Part shown: in pieces, positions 37,953-47,531 of the stretch
Layout: every line of letters begins with the position of its first letter
Position numbering within the stretch: the stretch's first letter is position 1
Source: a virus
DNA length: 64,000 bases
Direction: 5' to 3' (one strand)
Virus record (IMG/VR): IMGVR_UViG_3300009705_003007
Location: 15,432-79,431 of that record
Made by a program: the position numbers and the translations under genes
The notes under the pieces: generated by a model
Databases searched by the model: none
What the model saw: the letters and a program-made list of their open reading frames with translations, nothing else
Told to the model about the DNA's origin: nothing

Positions 37953-39057
37953 TTAACAGATCCTTTATTAAGTTACCAATGTTTTTGTGCGAATATTTCT
38001 GAGCCTGCTTGAGTCCCTCTTCTCGCATTTTATTTAATGCGTCTCGTTGTTCGTAAACGTGTCTCATGCAGCGCATCAATTCTTTTATACTGATGGAAGA
38101 CCAAAACTCATTTCCGGTAAAGAGATTATTAAACGTTTCCAACATGCCGGTCACGGGTTCATCTACTCCTTCTATTAAGAATCCCCCGTGACCAATAAAA
38201 TCTGACATTCCTCCAACATTGGTACAAATCGGAGTTTTGCCAAATCCCATAGCGTCAAAAGCCGGTATACACCAAGCCTCTCCATAACTCGGCATAACAA
38301 AACAGTCACAGCTAGTATGGATCTTGTATATATCTTCTTCACTAATAAAGCTTGTTACGATAAGGTCTTCTTTGTAGTCATCTATACTGGGGAATCTCTT
38401 TAGCCCAATTTTAATTTCATTGCAGATATCCCTAACCTTTAATGCCGCCTCTTCTTCTGATAGTCCATACTTAGATGATTTAATCAGTATAGATACTGGT
38501 TCAGATGGGTCAAACTCAGCATGAAATGCCGTTATAAAGGCTTCTAGGTTTTTTCTTTTGTTCAGGTCTGCAATGGTGTAGAAAATAAAATTGTCTGACG
38601 CGCTTGGAAAATTTGTTTTGCCATAGCTTTGTCCGAATTTTGAAAAGTTGGAAGCATGTGGAACAACCTTGATTGGAATTTCTACACCGCTTGCTTGTGA
38701 TGATTTAAACATTTGGTTATTAATAACCCAAGCTTCATCCATCATGTTGATCTTTCTAGACCAACCAGAGTCGATAAAATTACTGGTTTCTGTGGCGTAA
38801 AGACCTATGTTCTTTTTAAATTTAGGCGTGTACTCCATCAAGTGTGGGAGAATATGCTGTATACAAACTTCGGCTCCAGAACTATCTTTTCTTTCTAGCT
38901 CGGTGATTCTGTTTGGAATTGGAATATTGTTTTTGTTTAGCTTGACGGGGCGAGGAACAACATCAATACCAACCGAATCCATAGCTAGTATGTAATCCGT
39001 GGCAGCTTGTCCCCATCCTGTACCGTCTCTGTAACAACCGACGTAAAGGACTTTCAT
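37939..39057 (-). CDS. Glycosyltransferase family 4
   Basis: RKNL, DCFVMPSYGEAWCIPAFDAMGFG. Confidence 0.85.
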   Translation of the reverse strand: MKVLYVGCYRDGTGWGQAATDYILAMDSVGIDVVPRPVKLNKNNIPIPNRITELERKDSSGAEVCIQHILPHLMEYTPKFKKNIGLYATETSNFIDSGWSRKINMMDEAWVINNQMFKSSQASGVEIPIKVVPHASNFSKFGQSYGKTNFPSASDNFIFYTIADLNKRKNLEAFITAFHAEFDPSEPVSILIKSSKYGLSEEEAALKVRDICNEIKIGLKRFPSIDDYKEDLIVTSFISEEDIYKIHTSCDCFVMPSYGEAWCIPAFDAMGFGKTPICTNVGGMSDFIGHGGFLIEGVDEPVTGMLETFNNLFTGNEFWSSISIKELMRCMRHVYEQRDALNKMREEGLKQAQKYSHKNIGNLIKDLLNANS

Positions 39058-40682
39058 GTTCTGTCCCTTCTAATTGATTCCCATGTGTTTCTTCTATTGC
39101 ATAGATTCAACATCATATTATACGATTCATTTTCACCAAACGGCTCAAACGTAGGTTTAACGAACTTGTAAGAGTCTTCGTTTAGATACATTTCGCCAGT
39201 ACCCTCCACGTACATTCCATAATTTAAGTCTCTAATAAGTCTTGACTCAAAATAAGTATTTAGTTTTTCTGGCTCTCCAAGAACTTCTGTTATTAACCAT
39301 CTAGCATACTCTGAAGAAGATAAACCAGCAGAAGCTTTTTTCGCCGGTTGATGAATTCTTGGAGGAGATTTCCAAGTTTCCTCAACTGGTTTTAATTTTA
39401 TTGAATCAAAGTATTCTCCCCACTTCTTCGCCGTGTCATCCCACTGATAATGTTTCTCAAAATTTTTCCTAGTTTTCTCTCCAACGCTTCTTTGTTCTTC
39501 TTTTGTTAAATTAAAGAAGTCCTGCATTATTGCAGCTGTTGATTCATTGTCTGGGACGGCTCTATTACACCCTGTTTCAACTTCGTTGTATAAGCCTTTT
39601 ACTTTTATGGGATATCCTTCTAGCTTTCTGATAACGCTACTCATTGCGGAATAGTCCACACTGGCAACAGGAACCCCACAGGCGGCAGCTTCTACTTGCG
39701 GTAGACCAAAACCCTCACTGTTTGCGTACTGTACATACAAGTCAAACAGGTTCATTATTTTTGATAGGTATTCATACGATGCGCCCTTTTGAACGCTCGC
39801 TAGCCCAGCGGAAAATCTGCCACATTCTGGGCATTTTCTTCTTGCGTCAGAAAAGAAAGAAGGAAAGGCGTTTTTACACTCGTTGCACACATACGTGAAC
39901 ACAACCTTGCTTGAAAGTTTGTAACGATTAAGGAGCTTGGGTATATCCCACCCTAAGTCAGGATAGCTAGTGTGGCAATATAATAAGACATCGTTTCTTT
40001 TGCTTTTATCCAAAAACATCCTGAAGGACTCAAACAAGTCTGGAAAGAGTTTTCTTCTTTGGTTTCTCATCACAGTCCCAATAAATTTTACATCAGGATC
40101 AAAACCCATACTCTTCTTATGTTCTTCTTTATCTGCAACTGGTTGATAAGCAGCATCGGCTGATGGAGGTGCGCTACCTAAGCATTTTATAGCGTTGTTA
40201 GATTCGTTAATTAAAACCTCATGACCCCAATCTGAATAGTTAAATACTCCATCGGCGTTTGCAAACGTGCTTAACCATTGTTCGTTTTGCGGAGCTGCAT
40301 CAACGGTTGGCATAATAACCCAATGGAAATATGGCCTAAAAGGAGATCGTTCCTGATATTCAAACATCCAAAAATCACGTATGTCACAAACTATGTCTGG
40401 TAGAAAATTTAGTAATACAGATTCAAATTTATATTCACCAAATTGGTTTGTCGGCAAAGATTCATACTTTGCTTTCTCTTCTTCTGTTGAGGGCATGTTT
40501 CCATAGAAAGTCCAAGGAACAGAGGACATTCTTTGGTCTTTGTCGTCTCCGTAACTAGCAAATTCTGCTAACTCGTATTTATTAGTAGCGTGTAAACGAC
40601 TCATCACTTCACGCATGTACGTAGCGTAACCAGTGTTCAAATAGGTGGCTTCACCGCAGAAGAGTATTCTTTTTTTTCTCAT
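39054..40682 (-). CDS. Glycosyltransferase family 4 with Zn-ribbon insertion
   Basis: RNQRRK, SEGFGLPQVEAAACG; CNEC...CPEC insert. Confidence 0.85.
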   Translation of the reverse strand: MRKKRILFCGEATYLNTGYATYMREVMSRLHATNKYELAEFASYGDDKDQRMSSVPWTFYGNMPSTEEEKAKYESLPTNQFGEYKFESVLLNFLPDIVCDIRDFWMFEYQERSPFRPYFHWVIMPTVDAAPQNEQWLSTFANADGVFNYSDWGHEVLINESNNAIKCLGSAPPSADAAYQPVADKEEHKKSMGFDPDVKFIGTVMRNQRRKLFPDLFESFRMFLDKSKRNDVLLYCHTSYPDLGWDIPKLLNRYKLSSKVVFTYVCNECKNAFPSFFSDARRKCPECGRFSAGLASVQKGASYEYLSKIMNLFDLYVQYANSEGFGLPQVEAAACGVPVASVDYSAMSSVIRKLEGYPIKVKGLYNEVETGCNRAVPDNESTAAIMQDFFNLTKEEQRSVGEKTRKNFEKHYQWDDTAKKWGEYFDSIKLKPVEETWKSPPRIHQPAKKASAGLSSSEYARWLITEVLGEPEKLNTYFESRLIRDLNYGMYVEGTGEMYLNEDSYKFVKPTFEPFGENESYNMMLNLCNRRNTWESIRRDRT

Positions 40683-41242
40683 GTGTTATATTCTTGTAGC
40701 AATTTAATAATTAATTCTATTTTACATTTTATGTCTTCTTTTGAACACGAAGTAAAGCTTCCTATTTCACTATTTGTATATCCCTGAATTCTAAGCTTTA
40801 CTATAAACTTATTCTCTTCCGATAGCAAATCCGGAAGATAGTCTTCTATATCTTCTTTGTTGTCGGAGGTCTTGTCTTGTTCTAATACACATCTAAATTC
40901 TGAATTTCCAATCTTGTTTACTTTTTTGTTCATTGTAGAGATTGCGTTTTTTATACAAATGCTTGCAAACGTGCTAAATATAGCTTTATTTTTATCATGA
41001 GTTCTAATAGCCTTAAGGAGGCCAATCAAACCAGCTTGAATATAATCTTCAAAATTATTGTCATTCAAAAAGCAAAGAGCTTGAGAAACAACCAATCCGT
41101 AGTTTTGATGGATCAGTTTTTCCTCAAGCTCTTTTTGTTCTTCTAGTATATTATCAGCTAGATTCTTGCTTTTGGTTTTCTTGGCTGTTAAAGAGTTTGA
41201 ATTCTTTAACCCTGAATTTTGTTGAGAATCTTTTGTTACCAT
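40679..41242 (-). CDS. Small sigma-70 family RNA polymerase sigma factor (regions 2 and 4)
   Basis: NYGLVVSQA...EDYIQAGLIGLLKAI...FSTFASICIKNAI; region 4-like LSEENKFIVKLRIQGYTNSEIG. Start codon uncertain. Confidence 0.75.
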   Translation of the reverse strand: MVTKDSQQNSGLKNSNSLTAKKTKSKNLADNILEEQKELEEKLIHQNYGLVVSQALCFLNDNNFEDYIQAGLIGLLKAIRTHDKNKAIFSTFASICIKNAISTMNKKVNKIGNSEFRCVLEQDKTSDNKEDIEDYLPDLLSEENKFIVKLRIQGYTNSEIGSFTSCSKEDIKCKIELIIKLLQEYNT

Positions 41243-41513
41243 TTTTATCAGTCCAAGAGTTGTTTCTTGCGGAGGCGACTAAATCAATAACGTCACCCTT
41301 GTCGCAATATCTTTCTATCGTGATTCCACCTGAGTCCCACGCTTCAAAATCGAAAAAATTGACACTCTTTTTCTTTTCTCCGTTTTTTTCTTTTCTATAC
41401 TCACTAATCGCTAAAGTAAAAGTGCATAGACTTGTATGCTCGAACTCTACAATTTCTGGAGCGTTTGTTAACTTTCCAATAAACCGACAATAGTTTGAAA
41501 TAGTGTTAGCCAT
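41154..41513 (-). CDS. ssb: Single-stranded DNA-binding protein
   Basis: IGKLTNAPE, FTLAISE, FFDFEAW, KGD, WTDKNG; AAGGA RBS before MANT. Confidence 0.85.
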   Translation of the reverse strand: MANTISNYCRFIGKLTNAPEIVEFEHTSLCTFTLAISEYRKEKNGEKKKSVNFFDFEAWDSGGITIERYCDKGDVIDLVASARNNSWTDKNGNKRFSTKFRVKEFKLFNSQENQKQESS

Positions 41514-41553
41514 TTTCTTTCCTTTTTTCAATAAGACCAAAAACTAATAATGA

Positions 41554-41582
41554 ATGGTATGCAAGTCTGAGGTTTTTGTCAA
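41554..41582 (-). promoter_or_regulatory. Sigma70-type promoter TTGACA-N17-TACCAT upstream of ssb
   Basis: Perfect -35 (overlapping the dnaE-C stop), exact 17-nt spacer, and a -10 retaining the conserved T, A and final T. Confidence 0.6.
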
Positions 41583-43171
41583 CTTAGTTCTATCACGTCG
41601 TCTACAATTAAGCCATCGTCTATTTGGTATCGTTTATTTTTAGAACTCTGACCTACTAGTATTACATTGTTTCCTTCGTATAAAACGTTTTTGTATTCCT
41701 TCCACTTGTCCGAAAAGATTGTGACTGTATCCAAAGCTCCTGTATGATCTTCGACACACAGAAATGCCATTTCAACACCCTTCATCTTTCCCTTTTTAGT
41801 TACGTATCTTTTAACTTCTGATATAGTAACGGCCATCTTGACACCGTTTTTCTTGCCGTCCAAGAACTCTTTAATCGTTGTGTTGGCGAGCTTTGTATCG
41901 TAGGTTTCCACCCTTGAGTACGTCAACGCAACCCCAAGATAATTTTCTTCTGTCCTTATAATCCATTCTGGGTCATCTTTCATTGAGTGAGATGGTTTTT
42001 CACAATAAATTACTAAATCAGATATTATTCCTGATCTTCTACTATTAAAAGCAGCACCACCTTCTTTCTTGGTGGGTGACATCTTTTTTAGCAAGTTCAT
42101 AAGGTCTTTATACTTATTATAATTGTTAATACCCCATTCTTGCTCTTTTTTTGTTAGGTTTCCCCAAGTATCAGTTTCATCTAGCATTTGTTTTCTTGAC
42201 TCTGGAAGATGAGCAAAAAAACCAATTGATATCAATGCCACAAGCATTCTTGAGTTAATCTTGGGTGAGACCAACACAAGAAACTCAAACCAAGACCAAT
42301 CAGGTAGTTTTTTGCCTATCTCTTCTTCTGCAATCCTAATTTCATCTTTAAATTTTTCTATCTGCTTCATGCCTATAGATTTCACATCGAGAAGACCAAA
42401 ATATATTTTGCGGTCAATAATGTCAGTTGAAACATTAACATCTTGTATTGAAGGAGGACTCATGTAGATTTCACTATTCTTAGCATCGTTAACAAGCTCT
42501 TTTACTTCTTGTTGTGGATCAGGTTTTCCAGAAGAGTGAATAAGATAGTTGCAGTAAAACTCAAGAGGATGGTGAGATTTAGCGTAAGCGCTCCAATAAG
42601 CACAGATGGCATAAGACACAGCGTGGGATTTGTTAAACGAATACCTACTTGAGGCTTCAATCCAGCTAAAGATTTCTTCAGCCTCTTCTTCGTTAACGAT
42701 CTTCTCTACAATGGCTCCTTTTAAAAACTTCTTTTTAACCTCAGCCATAAGGTCTGCCTTCTTCTTACCAATAGCTTTACGAAGATCGTCTGCTTCCTGA
42801 AGGTTAAACCCCGCAAGCTGCTGCACTATTTTCATAGCCTGTTCTTGATAAACAAGAACTCCTTGAGTTCCTTTTAAGATTGGCTCAAGAGAAGGATGAA
42901 GGTATGTTATTTCTTCTTTAAGGTTTTTTCGATCAACAAACCTTTGGGTCATTGACTTGCCATCTTGGATAGCCTTTAATGTTCCCGGTCTAATAATCGA
43001 AACTAAAGCAGCAAGCTCTTCTATGTTTCTAGGTCTAACACGTTTAGCCCAAGATTTTCCAAGATTGCTTTCTAATTGAAAAACCCCTTTTGTCTTCCCT
43101 GAGCATATTAAGTCCCAAGTTTTTTCATCGCAAAAATCAATACTGAGAACATCAAATGTGGAGGTTTCCAT
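41579..43171 (-). CDS. dnaE: DNA polymerase III alpha, C-terminal part (fingers, HhH, OB)
   Basis: GVFQLES, IRPG, VYQEQ, LRKAIGKK, YSFNKSHA; C-terminal OB (MAFLCVEDHTG). Confidence 0.9.
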   Translation of the reverse strand: METSTFDVLSIDFCDEKTWDLICSGKTKGVFQLESNLGKSWAKRVRPRNIEELAALVSIIRPGTLKAIQDGKSMTQRFVDRKNLKEEITYLHPSLEPILKGTQGVLVYQEQAMKIVQQLAGFNLQEADDLRKAIGKKKADLMAEVKKKFLKGAIVEKIVNEEEAEEIFSWIEASSRYSFNKSHAVSYAICAYWSAYAKSHHPLEFYCNYLIHSSGKPDPQQEVKELVNDAKNSEIYMSPPSIQDVNVSTDIIDRKIYFGLLDVKSIGMKQIEKFKDEIRIAEEEIGKKLPDWSWFEFLVLVSPKINSRMLVALISIGFFAHLPESRKQMLDETDTWGNLTKKEQEWGINNYNKYKDLMNLLKKMSPTKKEGGAAFNSRRSGIISDLVIYCEKPSHSMKDDPEWIIRTEENYLGVALTYSRVETYDTKLANTTIKEFLDGKKNGVKMAVTISEVKRYVTKKGKMKGVEMAFLCVEDHTGALDTVTIFSDKWKEYKNVLYEGNNVILVGQSSKNKRYQIDDGLIVDDVIELS

Positions 43172-43835
43172 CTGCAAAAGCCTTTTCAAATTTAATTTTT
43201 GGAGCAATTCGTCTGTGGAGCTTCATAAAGCCTATCATCAAATTTGCCGTATCTTTAACATCTTGCAATGCGTCGTGAGCATTTTCCTTACTTATACCAA
43301 ACAGGTCACGCATTGAATCCATGCTTAACGATTTTACATCGGCATTATTTTCCATCCACATCCAAACATTATCCATTACATCAATTCTATGGATTTTATT
43401 AAACAGTACTTGCTTTCCTGTTTTCTTGTCGGTTGGGCCGTATTGCTCACACATGCGCTGAACAATAGGCATGTCGAATCCTACTATGTTGTAACCGGCG
43501 GCTACTGGAGCGTAGTAGGGAGTGCCTTTGAAGTTGTACCTGTTAACAAAATTGGCGAACTTTTTCCAAACCGTTCTAGCAGCAGGAGCTTTAGCTAGCT
43601 CTTCTCTTGTCTTGCCGTTCACGGCTAGGGCTTCGTCTTCTATTGGGTCTAGCCCTTTCTCGATAGCTTCCTCGTCGTCTAGAATAGGACGAATTAAACT
43701 TTCAAAGTACCCCTCTGGCTGAACGGTTAACTTTCTTCCGTGTATGGCGACTGCCGCAATTTGAACTGGTTGCGTCTTGTCTGGGTTACGAGAACCTGTC
43801 TCAAAATCGAATACAATAATATCTCTATAGTTCAT
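43152..43835 (-). CDS. DEDDh 3'-5' exonuclease (DnaQ/epsilon-like)
   Basis: VFDFETG, GYNIVGFD, HDALQD. Confidence 0.9.
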   Translation of the reverse strand: MNYRDIIVFDFETGSRNPDKTQPVQIAAVAIHGRKLTVQPEGYFESLIRPILDDEEAIEKGLDPIEDEALAVNGKTREELAKAPAARTVWKKFANFVNRYNFKGTPYYAPVAAGYNIVGFDMPIVQRMCEQYGPTDKKTGKQVLFNKIHRIDVMDNVWMWMENNADVKSLSMDSMRDLFGISKENAHDALQDVKDTANLMIGFMKLHRRIAPKIKFEKAFADGNLHI

Positions 43836-44056
43836 TTGATCTTCCTTCTTATTTCAAAAAATTTATCTAAAGCTTCGTCAACGTCTTCATATAGTTCGCT
43901 AAAAAAATATGAATGTACTTGGTATTTAGTCCGTTTAATAACTGATTGATAAAAATCGTTTATTTTACAAATAGACAGACTCTTGTACTCTGTGTATTTT
44001 CCATTTTGGATTCTGCTCTTTATGTTTTGTCGGTAGCTTTTGTTTTGTTTAGACAT
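43832..44056 (-). CDS. Small basic hypothetical protein between the dnaE halves
   Basis: Overlaps both neighbours, indicating translational coupling. Confidence 0.6.
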   Translation of the reverse strand: MSKQNKSYRQNIKSRIQNGKYTEYKSLSICKINDFYQSVIKRTKYQVHSYFFSELYEDVDEALDKFFEIRRKIK

Positions 44057-45965
44057 TTTCGCTTTCAAGTTGATCTCTTACGCCCATGATTTTATCTAAT
44101 AATGAAATTCCAAGTATGTCAAATTTTACATGACCCATAGACTCAAGGTCATTCATTTCCATACCTGCTATTTTTTCAGAACCTTTTTTATCTCTAACCA
44201 TTGGACAAACCTTATCTAGCTTGTGCGAAGATATGACAACGCCCGCTGCGTGTTTACCTTGAGATTTAAAAGTTCCCTCTATTCTCATTGCTTGCTCAAA
44301 GAGTTTAGCATAATCGCCTTCCAGTTGCCCATCATCATTTAATCTACAATATTCTCTTAGCGTATCTGGTTGGTTCATTAGAGTCCATCTGATTACTGAC
44401 GGGTTATCCATCTCTGCTAACTGATCAGACACTTCGTGTTCATGAGGTAGACTTTTTGTGATTGCGTTCATTTCATCAAAACCGCAGGCCTCGTTCATGC
44501 GTAAAACTTCTTTGAGGGCGCTACGTCCTTGTAGTCTACCAAACGTGACCATTTGACCGACTCTTTCTGAGCCATATTTATTTCTTATGTAATCTATAGT
44601 ATCGTCGCGTTTTGAAGCTGGTACGTCAATGTCAATATCTGGAAGAGAAACATGACCAGCGGTATTACGGCCAGCGTTATAAAATCTTTCAAAAATTAAA
44701 CCATATTCAATTGGGTCTACTTGAGTGATTCCTACTAAGTACGAGATTAAACATCCAGCAGCAGAACCTCTTCCCGGCCCCGGAATATAACCCTTATTAT
44801 GAACACTATTGACTATATCTCTAACAATAAGAAAATACCCAGACAGGTTGGCTTGGCTTATAACCTCAAGTTCTTTTTTCACTCTTTCTGTGTACAACGT
44901 CTTTGTTTCTATAGTATTAACTTTTCCAGTTGGGGCAAGTCTACTTACCCACCCTTCTCTACAGAGATTACGAAGATGGTCTTCTTCTGACTTGTCTTCA
45001 GGGCAGGAAAATTCTGGAAGCATGGGCTGACCAAGAATATCGTAATCTTCACACATGTCAGCTATTTGCATAGTGGCTGCTATTTCATGTGGTTGATTAA
45101 CTGCTTGTATTTCTTCAGGCGAAGGGATATGAAAATTGTTTGATTTCATAAAACCGCCAAAGGCTACATCTTTGTTTTCTTCTAGCTTTTTCTTAATTCC
45201 ACGCAAAGTGGTTTTCATAGCAGAGCAAAGCAGTAACAGTTGGTCGCCAGAGTCTTGTTTTTCTGGGTAGTGAGAGTCTGCCGTAGCGACGCTTTGAAAA
45301 TTGTATTTTTTTGCTATGTATCTTAACCCTTGAACAACCAAGCTAGCGGCAGGAGAGTTTTCTTGATCTATTGCTTGTATTTCAATAAAGAAGTTTTCCT
45401 TACCAAAAATGTCCCGATATTGATTTGCCAGCAAAAGAACCTGATCCACCCATTCGGGATGGATATACCTTTTAGCTTCCTCTTCTGTTGAGGCAGAGTA
45501 GGCTAATTTTACATCAACAAAGATGGCGTTCGCTAGATCGCTTCCAAGATGACCGCTAAAGGCAACCAAGTCGCCACCTGCGAATTGACCAAGAGTTTTC
45601 AAATCAAAGCGAGGTCTGTAGTAAAAGTTTTCTTCATCATTACTTTTTGAAACAGCTTGGATTAAGTTGTTCCAACCATTTTTGTTTTTAGCTAACACAC
45701 AAAGATGACTGAGCTTCCTATTTTCTTCGTTCTTGATTGTGCAATCGGAGGGGCTTAGGTAGAACTCACAACCAAGTATTGGCTTAATGTTCTTAGAACG
45801 ACAAGCTTGAGTAAAGGCCACAGCGCCTGATATGGTGCCGTGGTCAGTTAAGGCACAAGACTCAAAGCCTAGTTCTGAACAGCGTGAGGCAACCTGTGAA
45901 GGCTTTGAGAGGCCGTCTAGGAGACTATAGTGCGTATGCAGGTGTAAGGGCGTCCAGTTTGTCAT
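44049..45965 (-). CDS. dnaE: DNA polymerase III alpha, N-terminal part (PHP, palm, thumb)
   Basis: HLHTHYSLLDG, TDHG, TADSH, GRGSAAG, PDIDID, HAAGVVI, KFDILG. Confidence 0.9.
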   Translation of the reverse strand: MTNWTPLHLHTHYSLLDGLSKPSQVASRCSELGFESCALTDHGTISGAVAFTQACRSKNIKPILGCEFYLSPSDCTIKNEENRKLSHLCVLAKNKNGWNNLIQAVSKSNDEENFYYRPRFDLKTLGQFAGGDLVAFSGHLGSDLANAIFVDVKLAYSASTEEEAKRYIHPEWVDQVLLLANQYRDIFGKENFFIEIQAIDQENSPAASLVVQGLRYIAKKYNFQSVATADSHYPEKQDSGDQLLLLCSAMKTTLRGIKKKLEENKDVAFGGFMKSNNFHIPSPEEIQAVNQPHEIAATMQIADMCEDYDILGQPMLPEFSCPEDKSEEDHLRNLCREGWVSRLAPTGKVNTIETKTLYTERVKKELEVISQANLSGYFLIVRDIVNSVHNKGYIPGPGRGSAAGCLISYLVGITQVDPIEYGLIFERFYNAGRNTAGHVSLPDIDIDVPASKRDDTIDYIRNKYGSERVGQMVTFGRLQGRSALKEVLRMNEACGFDEMNAITKSLPHEHEVSDQLAEMDNPSVIRWTLMNQPDTLREYCRLNDDGQLEGDYAKLFEQAMRIEGTFKSQGKHAAGVVISSHKLDKVCPMVRDKKGSEKIAGMEMNDLESMGHVKFDILGISLLDKIMGVRDQLESENV

Positions 45966-46987
45966 TTTTCATCTTTCTTATCGTTGTCAACCAACCTACC
46001 ACCACCGTCTCCGTAGGTAGTAATTTTATCAATAACTCCATACTCTTCAACAACTGCATTTACGCCTTTTAACACGAGTTCGTCTCGTATGTGCTGACAA
46101 AGGCTTTTTCCAGAGTCTTCGTATTCTTCGCTAAACTTACAAAGCCTTTGACACTTCCAATGTTTATGCTCATTAGAAAGAAGTCTGGGGTTTTGAATAT
46201 CTCTGATTTGCTCAAATTTCTTACGTAGTATGTCTTCTGCTTTTTGGTAGTCGTCTTCGTCAAACACAAAAGAAAACAATCCACCTGCATTAATGTAATA
46301 TATGCTTACTGAAAATTCACGTTCAGGATACATATTTTTAAGGGCGTAGTAATACAATAATAACTGAGTGTCGTTTTGTAGTTTACTGTATGTTTTTTCT
46401 TCGCCGGTTGCCCAGTCTAACCTCTTCCCTGTTTTGTAATCTAGTATTTCATAATACTCTTCGTTTTGTTTAAGTATTAAGTCAACCGTTCCCTTGATTG
46501 ACAAATACCCTTCAATGGTTTTTCCACCAAGGTCGTATGAATATTTAGCCCACGGCTTCTTAATCTCAAAGTCAAAAAATAATTCCGTAGCAACCACCTC
46601 TTGGTTTCTAGGGTCTAACACTCCACCTTCATACGCTACCGCTTTTTCAGCCCACGATAGACATTTTCTTTTGTCTGCTTGGGTTATGTTAACTTCTGGA
46701 AAAGCAGAACTGTAATATTCAAAAGCAATATCGTTGAGCAATTCAAGATTATCACATTCTTCTAAGGTGAGAGTTTTTCCTGTCTCCTCGTCCTTCACCA
46801 CATCAAGCCCATTAAGAATAGCGACCTTCTTGTCTCCAAGGGTTTGCATTACCTTGTGGGTTATTGTCCCCATTAAGGCTTTTTTGTTAGTCTTGTCTTT
46901 GAAAGATAAGTTGTACTGCAAAAAATACTTTTGCTGACAAAATTCTAACGTTCCTAAACTACTGCTTCTGTGGTAACAAACTATCAT
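45962..46987 (-). CDS. PD-(D/E)XK exonuclease, Cas4/RecB-like
   Basis: GTITH, GTVDL, DYKTG, QLLLY; one N-terminal Cys and a C-terminal CxxxC...C arrangement. Confidence 0.8.
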   Translation of the reverse strand: MIVCYHRSSSLGTLEFCQQKYFLQYNLSFKDKTNKKALMGTITHKVMQTLGDKKVAILNGLDVVKDEETGKTLTLEECDNLELLNDIAFEYYSSAFPEVNITQADKRKCLSWAEKAVAYEGGVLDPRNQEVVATELFFDFEIKKPWAKYSYDLGGKTIEGYLSIKGTVDLILKQNEEYYEILDYKTGKRLDWATGEEKTYSKLQNDTQLLLYYYALKNMYPEREFSVSIYYINAGGLFSFVFDEDDYQKAEDILRKKFEQIRDIQNPRLLSNEHKHWKCQRLCKFSEEYEDSGKSLCQHIRDELVLKGVNAVVEEYGVIDKITTYGDGGGRLVDNDKKDEK

Positions 46988-47531
46988 CTAATGGCTCTAT
47001 TTCCGATATGGGTAAATTGTACATATCTACATGGGTTTTAAATCCGTTGCTAACGTCAATGTCTCCAGCCTTCCAAATTTTTGCTTTCGTAAAATAATCT
47101 TCAGGCTCTGCCTGCCCGACTATCCAGATCTTTTTAATACCACGATAGACGCGCCTTGTTTTTTCATACGTCATGTTTTTAAATTCAATACTTACAAAAA
47201 TATACAAGTCCGGTGCCTGATGTCTACTTGTTTTAGCAACAGAAACATCAAAAAAATCTGCTGGAGCAGCCGTTCTTCTTTTTGTTTTGACCTCTATTTT
47301 TCGATCATTTTTCCAAATGTCGTAGTCGTATTTATTATTACCTTTATCGCAGCTAATAATCTCAGCTTCGATATAAGAAGCAACTGCTTCTTCTCCCAGA
47401 TAACCTGCGGCGTTGCCACCACCTTTTAATATTGAATTATTTAGACTTCCTAACTTTTTAGCTTTTGTTTGTGCGCGTTCCACCATTAAAGCATCCCAAG
47501 GGATACTTATGATCCTTTTGTTTGTAGCCAT
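46959..47531 (-). CDS. Restriction endonuclease-like PD-(D/E)XK protein
   Basis: GYLGEE...YDYDI...IEVKTK. Confidence 0.55.
   Translation of the reverse strand: MATNKRIISIPWDALMVERAQTKAKKLGSLNNSILKGGGNAAGYLGEEAVASYIEAEIISCDKGNNKYDYDIWKNDRKIEVKTKRRTAAPADFFDVSVAKTSRHQAPDLYIFVSIEFKNMTYEKTRRVYRGIKKIWIVGQAEPEDYFTKAKIWKAGDIDVSNGFKTHVDMYNLPISEIEPLDDSLLPQKQ

Noticed and set aside
43152-44056. Intein or intron interrupting dnaE
   Set aside because: No splicing motifs are recognised. The interval is fully occupied by two ordinary overlapping ORFs.
45962-46987. Cas4-like nuclease as a sign of CRISPR-Cas
   Set aside because: No repeat-spacer array or other cas genes are seen. Such nucleases are common in phage replication modules.
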